This document shows positions 17,327 to 28,300 of a stretch of 64,000 nt of DNA, in pieces (position 1 is the first letter of the stretch; every line of letters starts with the position of its first letter). Both the position numbers and the translations under genes were made by a program. A model generated the notes under the pieces. That model worked only from the letters and a program-made list of their open reading frames with translations, did not search any database and was not told where the DNA came from. The stretch comes from Rubripirellula sp. (lineage in GTDB: Bacteria > Planctomycetota > Planctomycetia > Pirellulales > Pirellulaceae), in contig OZ244207.1 of assembly GCA_965216875.1 (NCBI GenBank), positions 4,096,001-4,160,000 on the forward strand, in the 5' to 3' direction.

Positions 17327-18835
17327 TTAGAACGTGCCGAGCTGGCGGCGTTCGACACCCGAAAGCAATTGCAGCAGCGCCGCTCGCAATTCACGCACTT
17401 TCAACGGCAGTGCCAAATGCTTGCGGTTGGGACCACGTTTGGCTCGAGAGAGAATATGAGTCTGGCGGTTGTCGGCCAACAAGACGGCGGGAATGTCACG
17501 CGTGTGTTCGTCTTCAGCAAACTTGTTGTAGGCGTCGACGGCCAGGTCCGCCAACTCGGCTGCGCCGAAAATCACGCAATCGGCCGGGTTGTCCTCTTGG
17601 GGATCAAAGCGTGCCAGAGCGCGATTCGGGTCCGAGATGATCAACACGCGGTAGCCGCGTGATTTGAGACGTTCACGAATCGCGTTTTGCAGGCCAGCTT
17701 TTGATTCAACCAACATCACAACGTAGCCCTCGCCCTCGTTGGTTGGGATGTCATCGTCGTCGTGATGATCGGCCATTGCGTTGCCGGCAAAGTCAGGCGC
17801 GAGCTTGCGTTTGTGACCACCTTCAAGGATCTCGATTGCCTTCTTCACTTCTGCCTGCAGCGCGGCAGCCGACTGAATCCGCTTTTCAGGATTGAATTCC
17901 ATACAACGCTGAACCACCTGGTTCGCGATACTTGGAACATCGGGGACGCGTTCGTGAAGTGGAACGACTTCTTGGAAACGCGTCACATTCAAACGTTGCA
18001 GTCGGTCGCGTGTTTCGGTGAGTGCCGGCGTACCGGCCAACATGTGATAGAGCATGTTGCCCGCGAAATAGATATCGCTTCGCGGATCATCTTTTCGGAC
18101 TCCTGTTCCACGTTCGAGCGCGGCATAGTCGATTGCCCGAGCGTTCGGACAGTCGGCCATCTTCTCGGGGTTGTTTCGATCCGAAAGGGCAGCCAAACCA
18201 AAGTCGACCAACTTTGCTTTGCCGTCGGACGAAATCAAAACGTTTGAAAGCTTCAAGTCACGGTGCGCAATCCCGAACGTCGCGGCATACGCCAATCCCG
18301 AGGCAACTTCATAAAGCAAACGCAATGCAAGATCGGCGGGCAACTTTCCGCGGACACGAACAAGTTCGCGCAGTGTTTGGCCTTCGACAAACTCCATCAC
18401 CAGGAACGGGTTTCTCACATCAGGAACAACATCTTCAATGCTAACGATGTGAGGATGCCTTAGTTTCAATCCCATGCGACCTTCGCGCAGGAACTGTTCC
18501 ATCTCTTTGACTTCGTCACGAAACCGTTTCCGAAGCACTTTCACCGCGTAGACTTTGCCATCCTTTTCCGCGCGATAAACTCGCGCGAACGTTCCGGCAC
18601 CGATCACATAAAGGACCTTGTAGTCGCCGTAAAAATAGCCGTGGCGATCGCCCTTGAGGATTTTCTCCGTTTGCAGCGTCGTGACCAAACCACGGCGCTG
18701 CATTTGTGTGATCACGTCGTCCAACTCGACAATGCCCGTACCAAGCTCACTCATTGCCTGATCTACGGCCCGTCGGTCGGCGAGCCCTAATTCAGAAATG
18801 CGAAGAGCGAATTGCTCGGGAGTCGGTTTTTCCAT
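17327..18835 (-). CDS. Hanks-type Ser/Thr protein kinase with C-terminal receiver-like domain
   Basis: GAGTFARVY, YAVKVL, HRDLKLSN, DFG; C-terminal VMLVE..RGYRVLII..DCVIFG..IPAVLL receiver pattern; start set at MEKPT. Confidence 0.9.
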   Translation of the reverse strand: MEKPTPEQFALRISELGLADRRAVDQAMSELGTGIVELDDVITQMQRRGLVTTLQTEKILKGDRHGYFYGDYKVLYVIGAGTFARVYRAEKDGKVYAVKVLRKRFRDEVKEMEQFLREGRMGLKLRHPHIVSIEDVVPDVRNPFLVMEFVEGQTLRELVRVRGKLPADLALRLLYEVASGLAYAATFGIAHRDLKLSNVLISSDGKAKLVDFGLAALSDRNNPEKMADCPNARAIDYAALERGTGVRKDDPRSDIYFAGNMLYHMLAGTPALTETRDRLQRLNVTRFQEVVPLHERVPDVPSIANQVVQRCMEFNPEKRIQSAAALQAEVKKAIEILEGGHKRKLAPDFAGNAMADHHDDDDIPTNEGEGYVVMLVESKAGLQNAIRERLKSRGYRVLIISDPNRALARFDPQEDNPADCVIFGAAELADLAVDAYNKFAEDEHTRDIPAVLLADNRQTHILSRAKRGPNRKHLALPLKVRELRAALLQLLSGVERRQLGTF

Positions 18836-19075
18836 CGGAGAATAGAGATTGCGCGTGTGTTGGTATTGGTCATCAAAGGTGGCGCCGGCCGAAGTCGGAC
18901 CGAGGGCAAACAACGTCGCAACCCCCCGGGAAATGGCCGAACAGGCTCCTCTCTGGCGCCAGCAGTTGGGACCTATTCTACACCGAGGATGCCCAATCGC
19001 AGACAGGACAATCCGTAAGCCGGCGAGTTCTGCGGCTCGCTAACGAATTTACGGGCAAAACGGATCGTACCAACG

Positions 19076-19101
19076 AAAAAACGGCGACAAAATGGTCGCC
19101 G
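19076..19101 (-). terminator. Intrinsic terminator for the 19236-19631 gene
   Basis: Minus strand CGGCGAC-CATTTT-GTCGCCG followed by TTTTTT. Confidence 0.75.
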
Positions 19102-19235
19102 CTTGAACTTGGGCCTGCGAATCCGGCTTGCTTGATTCGGCCCGGGGAACCGGTTCCGGGAAGCAACTCGAAACCGGGGCCGGTTTTCACTCCCAGTCAC
19201 GTATGGGACCCGGGGGGAGTTTCCTAAGAGGGCGA

Positions 19236-19631
19236 TCAGTCGAGCAAACGCTCGAGAGCCGAAAGAGCCGTGCGGGTCTCGTTGATACCGCCGATCTCTT
19301 CGACCATCTTTTTCACCTTAAGCAGTGATTCAATAGAAACCTCTTGAGCACCGCCGCGCGAGCCACGACCTGCGCTGGCGGTAGCGCCAACGGGACGACC
19401 GCGACGCGCCGATTTCTTTCCGGGCGGACGACCAGGCTTTCCGATCGTTTTCTTATTCTTTGAGTTGGACCGAATGGTGCTGACGAAGGCGGTTGAAACC
19501 GTGATCCCTTTCTTCTTCAGCTCAGCTGCGACTTCTTTGGGTTTGGCTTTCGGATTTGCTTTGTAATACTCACGGATGGCTTGCGACTTGTTAGGAGCTT
19601 CCGCTTTCGCTTTCGCTTTCTTCTTAGCCAT
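19236..19631 (-). CDS. Small Lys/Arg-rich putative DNA-binding protein
   Basis: 131 aa, highly basic; NKSQAIREY..EVAAELKKKGITVS helical N-domain; two GRP motifs; C-terminal amphipathic helices. Confidence 0.85.
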   Translation of the reverse strand: MAKKKAKAKAEAPNKSQAIREYYKANPKAKPKEVAAELKKKGITVSTAFVSTIRSNSKNKKTIGKPGRPPGKKSARRGRPVGATASAGRGSRGGAQEVSIESLLKVKKMVEEIGGINETRTALSALERLLD

Positions 19632-19905
19632 GGAACAACCTCTTGTTCAATCGTCGTTGCTAAAACAACACGACAGGCCCTGATAGGCACTAGGGTGGTA
19701 ATGGGTAACAGCCATTCCTGCGTGCCCAACAGAACAATGACTTACGGGCGGTGTCATAACCCCCGTATTAGCTAGCGAAAAACAGACGCTTCTTCTAACA
19801 CGCACACCAACGCTAAAAATATATCAGTTGGTCCGCGCGAACAACCGGTTTGAACGTTCGTTTTGCACGCACATTCGATTTGTTATCGAGTGTTAAGAGT
19901 GCGCG

Positions 19906-21885
19906 CTACATTCGCTTCAAGACATTGATGCCGAGCAAGTTTAGCGCAAGTCGGCAAACGCGTCCGTAAAGGAAAACCAACGCCAAGCGACACGTCTTCG
20001 CTTGAGGCGTTTCCGCTTTCAACACGTGACATTGCGTAACAAAGATTGAAAACTGCTTGGCCGTATCCAACAAGTATTCGACAAGCAGGTTAGGCGCATA
20101 TTCGTTATGCACCGAAACGAGCGATTCCTCAAAACGCAACATGGCAAGCGCAAGATCTCGCTCTGCAGAATGAGTGAACTCAATCCCTTGCTCCTTCGCA
20201 TTGGTAATCACCTCTTCCTCGGATGTTTCAGCCTTTCGCAAAATCCCATTCACACGGGCGAATGAGAATTGGATGTAGGCAGAGGTTGCACCATTGAGAT
20301 CAACCATTTTTTCGAGGTTAAATCGATAGTCACTGGTGCGATGATGTGCGAGATCCGCAAACTTGATGGCACCGATCCCAACGACCTCAGCAACATGATG
20401 TTGTTCTTCAACGTCCATCGGTGGGTCAAAGGTTGTCAAACGCTCTGGATCGCAAACCACTTGTTTTGCACGATCGACCGCGTCATCAAGCAGGCTCTCT
20501 AAGCCAATCAAGTCACCGCTCTTGGTCTTCATCGGCCGGCCATCTTCACCAAGCACCGTGCCAAAATTGACATGCGCGAGCTTGATTTCATCGAGCCCCA
20601 TTTTTTTCGCAACAGCGAACAATTTTTCAAAGTGTTCACTTTGGCGAGTGTCGACGACATATAAGATTTCGCTCGGCGAAAACTCAGCCAGCCGGTATTT
20701 CAATGTCGCCAAATCGGTGGTGGCATAAAGGTAAGCGCCATCCTGCTTGCGCACGATCATCGGGGCGTCGAAGTTCGGCAGGAACACACAGATTGCCCCT
20801 TCGCTTTCGCTTGCCGTCCCATCGGCCTGCAACTGTTCGACCACATCGCCCAACATCGAGTGATAAAAGCTCTCGCCGAGGGTATGATCGAACTGAATAT
20901 CCAACCGCTTGTAAACGCGATTGATCTCGTCTTTACAATGTGGCATGAACTTGTTCCACAATGCAAGATTTTCGGCATCACCTTCATGCAGCTTGGCGGT
21001 TTCGCCAAGCACATCGGTGGCAATGTTCGGGTGAGCATCGGCGATCGCTTTGAGTTCGGGGTCGGCATCCACCGCACCGATCTTGGCCTTGGCCGAAGCG
21101 AGTTCTCCCTCAAGTGCTTTCACACGTTTTGCCGCGGACTCGGCAACCTTCTTTGCTTTTTTGGCAGCCTTGCCTTCAGCAACTTCCGCGTCGCCAGCCA
21201 AACGTTCTGCATCCGCTTTGGCCTGAATGATCTTTTCCTCGACGGTATCGAGAGACGCGATCGCCTTTCGATAGTCCATCAATTGGTTGACCAACCGATA
21301 GATTTTTAGCAGCTCAAGCACAGGATCCGCGTCTACGGTTTCGGCGTCGCCAAAGTGTTTGTAGCCGTAGATGATCATTCCGAACTGGGTGCCCCAATCC
21401 CCCAGGTGATTATCGGTAATGGTGTTGTACCCCAGGAACTTGAGCGTCCTGGCAAGCGAATCACCAATGACCGTGCTGCGGATATGACCAACATGCATCG
21501 GCTTGGCAACGTTTGGTGACGAAAAGTCGATAACGATCGTTTCCTTTCCGCCTCGATCCTCGACCAAACATCGCTCATCATCGAGCATCCGAGACATCGC
21601 CTCGGCTAGAAACTTGTCATTAAGTTTCAGGTTGATGAACCCGTTAACGATCTCGGGCGGCTCGCACATGTCGTCGACCTTCAAGTTGTCGACGATCTTC
21701 TGGGCCGCTTCGTTAGGATTGTTGACACCCAGCTGCTTTTTCAATGGCATTGCGCAGTTGGCTTGATAGTCGCCCATCTTGGGATTGTTCGTGGGGCGAA
21801 CCAACTTCGAAAACTTTTCATAGTCTTCGGTCAACGGCTTCAGGGCGATACTAAATCGCTCCTGGAGAAGATGTGGAATGTGCAT
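19906..21885 (-). CDS. argS: Arginine--tRNA ligase
   Basis: GDYQAN; IDFSSPNVAKPMHVGHIRST (HIGH); NHLGDWGTQFG; YATTDLA; PMKTKSG; ends KRM. Confidence 0.98.
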   Translation of the reverse strand: MHIPHLLQERFSIALKPLTEDYEKFSKLVRPTNNPKMGDYQANCAMPLKKQLGVNNPNEAAQKIVDNLKVDDMCEPPEIVNGFINLKLNDKFLAEAMSRMLDDERCLVEDRGGKETIVIDFSSPNVAKPMHVGHIRSTVIGDSLARTLKFLGYNTITDNHLGDWGTQFGMIIYGYKHFGDAETVDADPVLELLKIYRLVNQLMDYRKAIASLDTVEEKIIQAKADAERLAGDAEVAEGKAAKKAKKVAESAAKRVKALEGELASAKAKIGAVDADPELKAIADAHPNIATDVLGETAKLHEGDAENLALWNKFMPHCKDEINRVYKRLDIQFDHTLGESFYHSMLGDVVEQLQADGTASESEGAICVFLPNFDAPMIVRKQDGAYLYATTDLATLKYRLAEFSPSEILYVVDTRQSEHFEKLFAVAKKMGLDEIKLAHVNFGTVLGEDGRPMKTKSGDLIGLESLLDDAVDRAKQVVCDPERLTTFDPPMDVEEQHHVAEVVGIGAIKFADLAHHRTSDYRFNLEKMVDLNGATSAYIQFSFARVNGILRKAETSEEEVITNAKEQGIEFTHSAERDLALAMLRFEESLVSVHNEYAPNLLVEYLLDTAKQFSIFVTQCHVLKAETPQAKTCRLALVFLYGRVCRLALNLLGINVLKRM

Positions 21886-22002
21886 CTTGCAGATGGTAGC
21901 GTTGGAAAGAGATCGCGGCAGACAGGTACTGTCCTGACCGGTTGCGGATTCGACGAAGGCGAAGGTTGCTTGTCGCGACGCTGGTCTGATCGCAACAATG
22001 GC

Positions 22003-22488
22003 CTACTGTTCGATGCCAAGATCCGAAAGCGGGATTTCCTTGGCGTCAGCCCAAAGAGACTCCAAGTCGTAGTACTCACGAGTTTCGTCATCGAACAGGT
22101 GGACTACGACGCTGCCGTAATCCAACACAATCCAACGGCTCTCTTGGTAGCCTTCGATTCCCATACGCTGATCGCCCATCCCCTTTTCGAGGGCATCGTC
22201 GATCTGTTCGCTGATCGCGTGAAGCTGGCGACGACTTGTCCCGGTTGCCAAGACAAAAAAGTCAAACTCAGCAGACTGGGCACTGACATCCAAAACGGCG
22301 ACGTCCGTTCCCTTGTTGTCCAGCGCAACGCGAGCGGCAGCGGCAGCGAGTTTGCGGCCTTCTTCGATACCGTGCGGGCGAATGGCTTTCGAGGGGGCAA
22401 CCATTGGATCAACGGGAGCCGGCTCTGCGGTTGACGTATCCACTTTGGGGTCGTTTGGGTCGGGCGAGGGCTGGGTTTCTTCGGACAT
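22003..22488 (-). CDS. rsfS: Ribosome silencing factor
   Basis: DNKGTDVAVLDV..DFFVLATGTSRRQLHAI..WIVLDYGSVVVHLF..REYYDLESLW; start set at MSEETQ. Confidence 0.95.
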   Translation of the reverse strand: MSEETQPSPDPNDPKVDTSTAEPAPVDPMVAPSKAIRPHGIEEGRKLAAAAARVALDNKGTDVAVLDVSAQSAEFDFFVLATGTSRRQLHAISEQIDDALEKGMGDQRMGIEGYQESRWIVLDYGSVVVHLFDDETREYYDLESLWADAKEIPLSDLGIEQ

Positions 22489-22700
22489 TCCGAAGAGTCT
22501 ACCGGTTTTGGCCCGTTTGTCACGGACCAAGCCTGAATTGCCGCATCGGTTCGACCGCGGCAGCGAGTCCCCTGGGGTTGCCCACGATCGAGCACCCAAC
22601 TGAAAGAGGGGGCAAATCCCATCATCCGACAGGATTTACCGTGTAGACAGTCCCGATAGGCCCGAAGGTTCGCGGACTTCGCGTGCCGAAAAAGAAATGA

Positions 22701-25160
22701 CTATTTCTTTTTCTTGTTTGGTGGACGACGACGCTTATTGGGTCGTTCGGCCGGTTCCTCAGGCTTGGTGACCTGTTCACGAATTCGATCGGTCAAGCTT
22801 GGCGACTTCTTTTTGTCGGTGGCGGTCGCCGTCCCTTCGATCACCGAAGCATCGAAATGGGGTGTCTTGGGAAGCGTCTTTTTGACCAAGATCCGCTCGC
22901 AGATCCCCCACAAACTACTTGTGATGAAGTAGATGCAAAGACCCGCCGGGACTCGGAAGAAGAACAGGCCCATCATCATGGTCATGACCGTCATCATCTT
23001 CTGCGTCATTGCGGTCTGTTCGTCGGTCGCCGGCGGCATGAACATCTTCTGCTGCGCCAGGAACAACGTGACCACAATCACGGGCAGGATATTGAAATAA
23101 GGGCCAAGCCAACCTGTACCACGACCGGAGAGGTAATCCCAAAGCCAATCGCCCCAATAAAGGAACATGTCGGGACCGGCCAAGTTGGACGCCCAAGCCG
23201 TGCTGGACGAAACCGCCTCTTGCCGCAATTCGATGTCAACCGAAAGTGCACGATAGAGGCCGATGAAGATTGGCAACTGAAGGAACATTGGCAGACAGCC
23301 TGCGAGCGGATTGAATCCAACTCGCTGCTGCAGCTCACGCTGAGCCTTCAAGCGACCTTCCATGTCGTCTTTGTACTGGTCGGCGATCTTCTTTAGCTCT
23401 GGTGCAAGCTCCTGCATCCGCTGTGCGTTGACCGCAGCCTTGCGTGAAAGCGGGAACATCGCCCCACGAACAATCACCGTCAGGATGATGATCGCTACCG
23501 CGTAATTGCCGACGCCAGAAAGGATGTGCAGCAGACCGGCAAGCAATCGAGCAAAGAGTGCGAACCAACCGTAATAGATGCTGTCGCCTAGACCATGCTT
23601 GGCCAATAGCTCGGGTTGCTTTGGCCCAGCGAAGAGCTGCAAGTCTTTTCGAATCGCTTTCCCAGGCCCTACCGTGGCGACCGAGCTATCAAGGAAGAAG
23701 GAAACGTTGACCGCGCGTTCTTTGTGTCGTTCGATCTTGGAAGGATCCGCGACCACGTTTGCTGTGGCACGCCGAAATCCACTCAGCGACGTTTCGCCCG
23801 CCGCTGGGATGTAGCCGACGTCAAAGTACTGTGCGTCGACACCGATGTATTTCAGATCGCGTGCTTCTTCGCTTGCATCGGGCGCGAAGATTGATTGATC
23901 CGGTTTCTCGGGTTCGTTCTTCGCTTTCTTCAGCAAATCGTAACCGCTGATCAGTTCATGCCCTTCCGCCGCAGTGCGATAAACAACGTCACGCGCTGCT
24001 GCACCACCAAAGTTGGGGCTGATCTTGTTGCTGTACCACCACCCCTCGAGTGTCAAACCATTTGCACCTTCAAGGCGGTAGGCGAGGTCTTGAGGTTGGG
24101 TGCCAGTGTTCTCAACCTGCACCGACATGTCGATCACGTAGCTGCCGGGAACGAGCGAGTAGCGGCGACTGAGTCGCACCGGCTGGCCGCCAATCGGTTC
24201 CATTTCGGCGGCGGAGAGATCGAGAGTGAAGGAAGCTTCAGATTTTTCGGGAGTGTCGCGGCCGGCGTATTCCCAATTCAATTCCGTGGGGTCGCTCAAA
24301 CCACTGATGCCGCGTTGGCCGGTAATGATTCGTTTTCGATTGACTTGGCCAAGGGTCATCAAGCAAGAAAGGCGGGACAGGTTTCCGACGACCTGATCCG
24401 CACCGCCATCGCGCGCCAACCGGATGAGATCAAGTGGATGCTCGGTGAGTGTCGCGGTGAGGGTCACGGGCGGACCACGGGTTGGTGCCGCGGCATTGCC
24501 TGCGTCCTCGTCGGCTTCGTCATCGCCTGCGGCCGCCGCTGCCGTTCGCAACACTTCAACGCTAATCTGATCGCCTGGTTTCGTTTTCAGCAGGGCAGCT
24601 TCGATATCGTTTCGCGAAACGATGACCTGACCACCAATCGCGACAATCACGTCGCCCACCTGCACACCCGCGGCGTCCGCTGGGGTTCCTGGGCCAACCA
24701 CGTTGACCAGGACTCCGTCGACGTCCATCACCGAACCGCCGGCAAAGTATCCGAGGTAGCCGTGTCGCACGTCCACGCGGCGATACTTCAAACCGCCTCC
24801 GTCGCGGCGCTCGGTCAATTCAATCCGCTCGACACCGCCACCCTTGTTGGACAACGTCACCAACATATTGTGTCCGGTCGAGGCATCCATCGACCCCAGC
24901 GTCATCCAACGCTGTGCGCTGCGAGCCTTGGGCTTCTCTTCGGAGCCATCGCCAGCGTTGGCCTCTGGTACCGTTTCGTCACTCGAATCGGAGTCATTGG
25001 AAGCGACCGAGTCAACATTCTCGGGGTCCACGACCTCGCCGTCGGCCAACTCTTCCACCGCAGGTGGCGGTGGGGGTGGCACAAACATCACGCGCAGCGT
25101 CATGTAGACAAAGAAGAATGCCGTAGCGGCGATGATGAACGTGAACAGGCTACGTTCCAC
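22701..25160 (-). CDS. yidC: Membrane protein insertase YidC, long form with PDZ domain
   Basis: [68 protein letters not shown]. Confidence 0.95.
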   Translation of the reverse strand: MERSLFTFIIAATAFFFVYMTLRVMFVPPPPPPAVEELADGEVVDPENVDSVASNDSDSSDETVPEANAGDGSEEKPKARSAQRWMTLGSMDASTGHNMLVTLSNKGGGVERIELTERRDGGGLKYRRVDVRHGYLGYFAGGSVMDVDGVLVNVVGPGTPADAAGVQVGDVIVAIGGQVIVSRNDIEAALLKTKPGDQISVEVLRTAAAAAGDDEADEDAGNAAAPTRGPPVTLTATLTEHPLDLIRLARDGGADQVVGNLSRLSCLMTLGQVNRKRIITGQRGISGLSDPTELNWEYAGRDTPEKSEASFTLDLSAAEMEPIGGQPVRLSRRYSLVPGSYVIDMSVQVENTGTQPQDLAYRLEGANGLTLEGWWYSNKISPNFGGAAARDVVYRTAAEGHELISGYDLLKKAKNEPEKPDQSIFAPDASEEARDLKYIGVDAQYFDVGYIPAAGETSLSGFRRATANVVADPSKIERHKERAVNVSFFLDSSVATVGPGKAIRKDLQLFAGPKQPELLAKHGLGDSIYYGWFALFARLLAGLLHILSGVGNYAVAIIILTVIVRGAMFPLSRKAAVNAQRMQELAPELKKIADQYKDDMEGRLKAQRELQQRVGFNPLAGCLPMFLQLPIFIGLYRALSVDIELRQEAVSSSTAWASNLAGPDMFLYWGDWLWDYLSGRGTGWLGPYFNILPVIVVTLFLAQQKMFMPPATDEQTAMTQKMMTVMTMMMGLFFFRVPAGLCIYFITSSLWGICERILVKKTLPKTPHFDASVIEGTATATDKKKSPSLTDRIREQVTKPEEPAERPNKRRRPPNKKKK

Positions 25161-25384
25161 GATCGACCCGTTGGGTTAGATGGTTTGGACGAATGCCCAA
25201 GCGTTTTGGGCAGACCTATCAATTCAGAAAGACCGGCACCCCCAATAGGGTGCCAGTCTTTCACATGTAATCAGGCGTTATTCTGCCCAGCAAACCAAAT
25301 CTTGGGAAGGCGAAGGGGCCTATTCCCACGCGGCCAACGTCAAAATCGGTGCTCTGAGAGGATCATCCGAACAGGTTGGGGCGA

Positions 25385-28300
25385 TCATTCAGGCCGCGCG
25401 GCCACCTCAAGTGGCGGCAAGACGCCGATGTAGGCCATCATGTCACTGATTTCTTGAAGGGTCAGGTTATCCAGCAAACCGCTGGGCATGATACTGCTGT
25501 TGGACGGCAGGATTTGGTCGACATTGGCCGCCTCGACCTCCGAGACCCGGTTGTTTGCGTCGCGTACCTGAATCGTTCCGTCTGGCAATTCGCTGACCAT
25601 CCCAACCATCACATCGCCATCGAGCGTCAGCACTTTCTTACTGGCGTACTGGCTGCTGACCACGTGGGCAGGGTAGAGAACCGATTCCAGAATCTCGCGT
25701 TTGGTGAATCTTCGCGAGATCCCAGACAACGAAGGTCCAATCGCTCGGCCATAGTTTCCAAACTGGTGACAATCGGCGCACTTGGCTTTCGTGTAGGCAG
25801 CACGACCATGAACCGGATCGCCGAACTTCCCAGCGTCACTTTCGAGGTAGTTGGTTAGCTGATCGAAGTCCCATCGCGATTCATCTTTGTCGGGCTCTAC
25901 CGCTGGTGGACGGTCGGGGTAGGTTTTGGCATACCACTTTTGCCACAACCGCATCGACTTGTCGCCACCTTCGGGACGTTGCATCCCGGTCCAGTGCTCG
26001 AGCAGTTTTTCGGTCGATGCAAAACTCTTGTCCTGCGATTCGGCGCGAACGCCAAGCAGGATCAGTTGCCGCAAGGCCATCGGATCATCGGTCGCGACGG
26101 GAACCTTTTGAAGTGCCTTGACGACTTCTTCGGCGGTTTGATCTTCGAGAATATTCAGACTGCGAACCAGGTAGTCCCAGTTTTCGCCATCAGGGTTTTG
26201 AGCCAACGCCATCGCAATCACGGCCCGTCGCTCGGGCTCGTTCCGCCAAAGTTGGCGTAGGTACGCGGCTGAATCCTCGTCGCCTGCAGAAGCAAGCATC
26301 GCGATGATGCCCGTACGAAGGCGGCGCTGCACGTCACTTGCCTGTGGCTGTTCGACCAGTTTCTCGTCCAAGTCGCGGAGCAAGCCAGCAACCTTTTCAT
26401 CAATCGGTCGTGGCAGCCGATAGATTGCCGCCAGTGCAGCGTTCCGCCAAACCGATCCCTGTTCAAGGATGGCGAGGACATCTTCATCGGAAAGTGACTT
26501 CGCAAAGTCTCGCGTCACGGCCATCAAGTACATCGAAAGCGAACTGCTTTCGGTCGTGTTGGCCATGTTCTCGTAGAACTTCAAGATTTGGAAGCGTTGC
26601 TCTGCGGTCCAATCGTGTGAAAGGAACTGCAGGTACATTGCAACCAAGGTTCGGTCGGCTTCGGGGGCATCGGAGGTGATGTAATCGAGAGCTCGCTCAG
26701 CAACATCGTCCGATTGCAGGTAGGCCGCCAACCGAATCAATTCGTGATTCATGCGCTGGTCACCCGCTGGAAACTCTTCACCAATTTGGTCGCGAAGTGC
26801 AGTGATCTTTTCTGGATCGATTTTGCCACGGTGCAAGGCAACCTGACAGAGGCGAAGTGTGTCAACAAAGTCGGCATCACTCAAGAACTCGGTCAACAAC
26901 TGACTCGATCGACGAAGCACATCCATGCAAGCGGCTTCACTTGGATCGGCATTGACGAGCGCCAGCATCCCGACCAACGAAATGCGAACGTCATCGTGAC
27001 TGAGGACTTCTTCGCGCCAGGTTTCGACCGGCATGCGTTCCAAGACGCGACGTGCGACGAAAGCGAGGTTGCGATCCGAATCACCGAGCAGTGGCAACAG
27101 GTCGGCGACCGAGTTTGGCAAGCTGCCACTACGAAGGATCGCCTCGCAGGCAGCGCGTTGCACGCGTGCATCGCTGTCGCTGAGCATTTCGACCAAACGC
27201 TCGGAGCTGCGTTCGTCTGGATGAAGGGCGATGAATTGAGCGGCTCGAACACGAACGTTTTCGTTTTGAGCACGGCTGAGTTCGAGGATAAGTTCTTCAC
27301 TCGGCACAGGACCAAACAGCTGCATCAAGTCGATCGCACGTGTGCGATAGTGCGAAGGGTTGTCATCGCTGTAGGCGACGCCCGCGATCAATTGCCCCCA
27401 CTTATCACCGAGGTCGCGTTTGATCGATGCGATCTCTTGACGAGCCCATGCGGATCGTAGTTGGGGCTGGCGAACCGCCGCGGCAATGCCGCTGCCGAGA
27501 TTCTTCATGCGATCAGGAATCTGGCCTTTATAGATCACTCGATAGACGCCGCCTGCTGTTCCGCGACCGCCGGTGCAAAAATACATCGCGCCATCGGGAC
27601 CGACCTCGAGGTCGGTGACATTGAGCGGTTGGCCTTTCAAGAAGACTTCACTATCCGCAATGAAGCCGGCGCCCCTCGGCTTCATGCGGACGTTTAGGAT
27701 GCGTCCCTCGGACCAATCGGCGAGGAACAGTGAATTGTGGTAGCGAACTGGGAACATGTAATGTTCGTAGCAGATCGCGCCGGTCGGACTTCCTTTGCCA
27801 GTGTCCAACAGGTTGGGCAGTCGGTCGTAGTAGTGTTCGGGCCATTTTGCCCAGCCGGTGCGCCAACCAAACTCGGCCCCTTCGGTCACATCAAAGAGTG
27901 CCGTTGGTCGGTACCAGGCAGTGTCGATGTCCGCTTCCATGTCGGCATCATGAACGAACATGCCACCGGATGGCGTGAAGACCAGGTCGTAGGCGTTTCG
28001 AATCCCGCCAGCAACACGTTCGACGATCGAGCCGTCGGCGTTGGTCCGAATGATCGTGCCACCCGGAGCCTTGATGCCGCGACCATGACCCGCAGGGTCT
28101 TCGTAGCGCGGCAGCAAGTCGCCTTCGTAATAGCTTCGCAAAGTCTCGCCGTCACCCGTTTCACCCATCGCTTGGACGTGGCTTCCCACGGCAACGTAGA
28201 TCATTCCGTCGGCGCCGAGGCGAATGCCGTGAGCACCATGTTCACCACCATTGCCCTTGAATTTGACAATCGCTTTGACCTTTTCCAGCGTGCCATTTCG

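Noticed and set aside
19145..19170. SRP (4.5S) RNA, suggested by CCGGTTCCGGGAAGCAAC
   Set aside because: Lacks the CAGG..GNRA-loop..AGCAG domain IV arrangement
23895..25433. 512-aa plus-strand ORF (and similar long antisense ORFs at 14677-15774, 31602-32735, 36213-37136, 43829-44776, 48852-49769)
   Set aside because: They lie opposite well-supported genes, carry no motifs, and are expected in high-GC coding DNA
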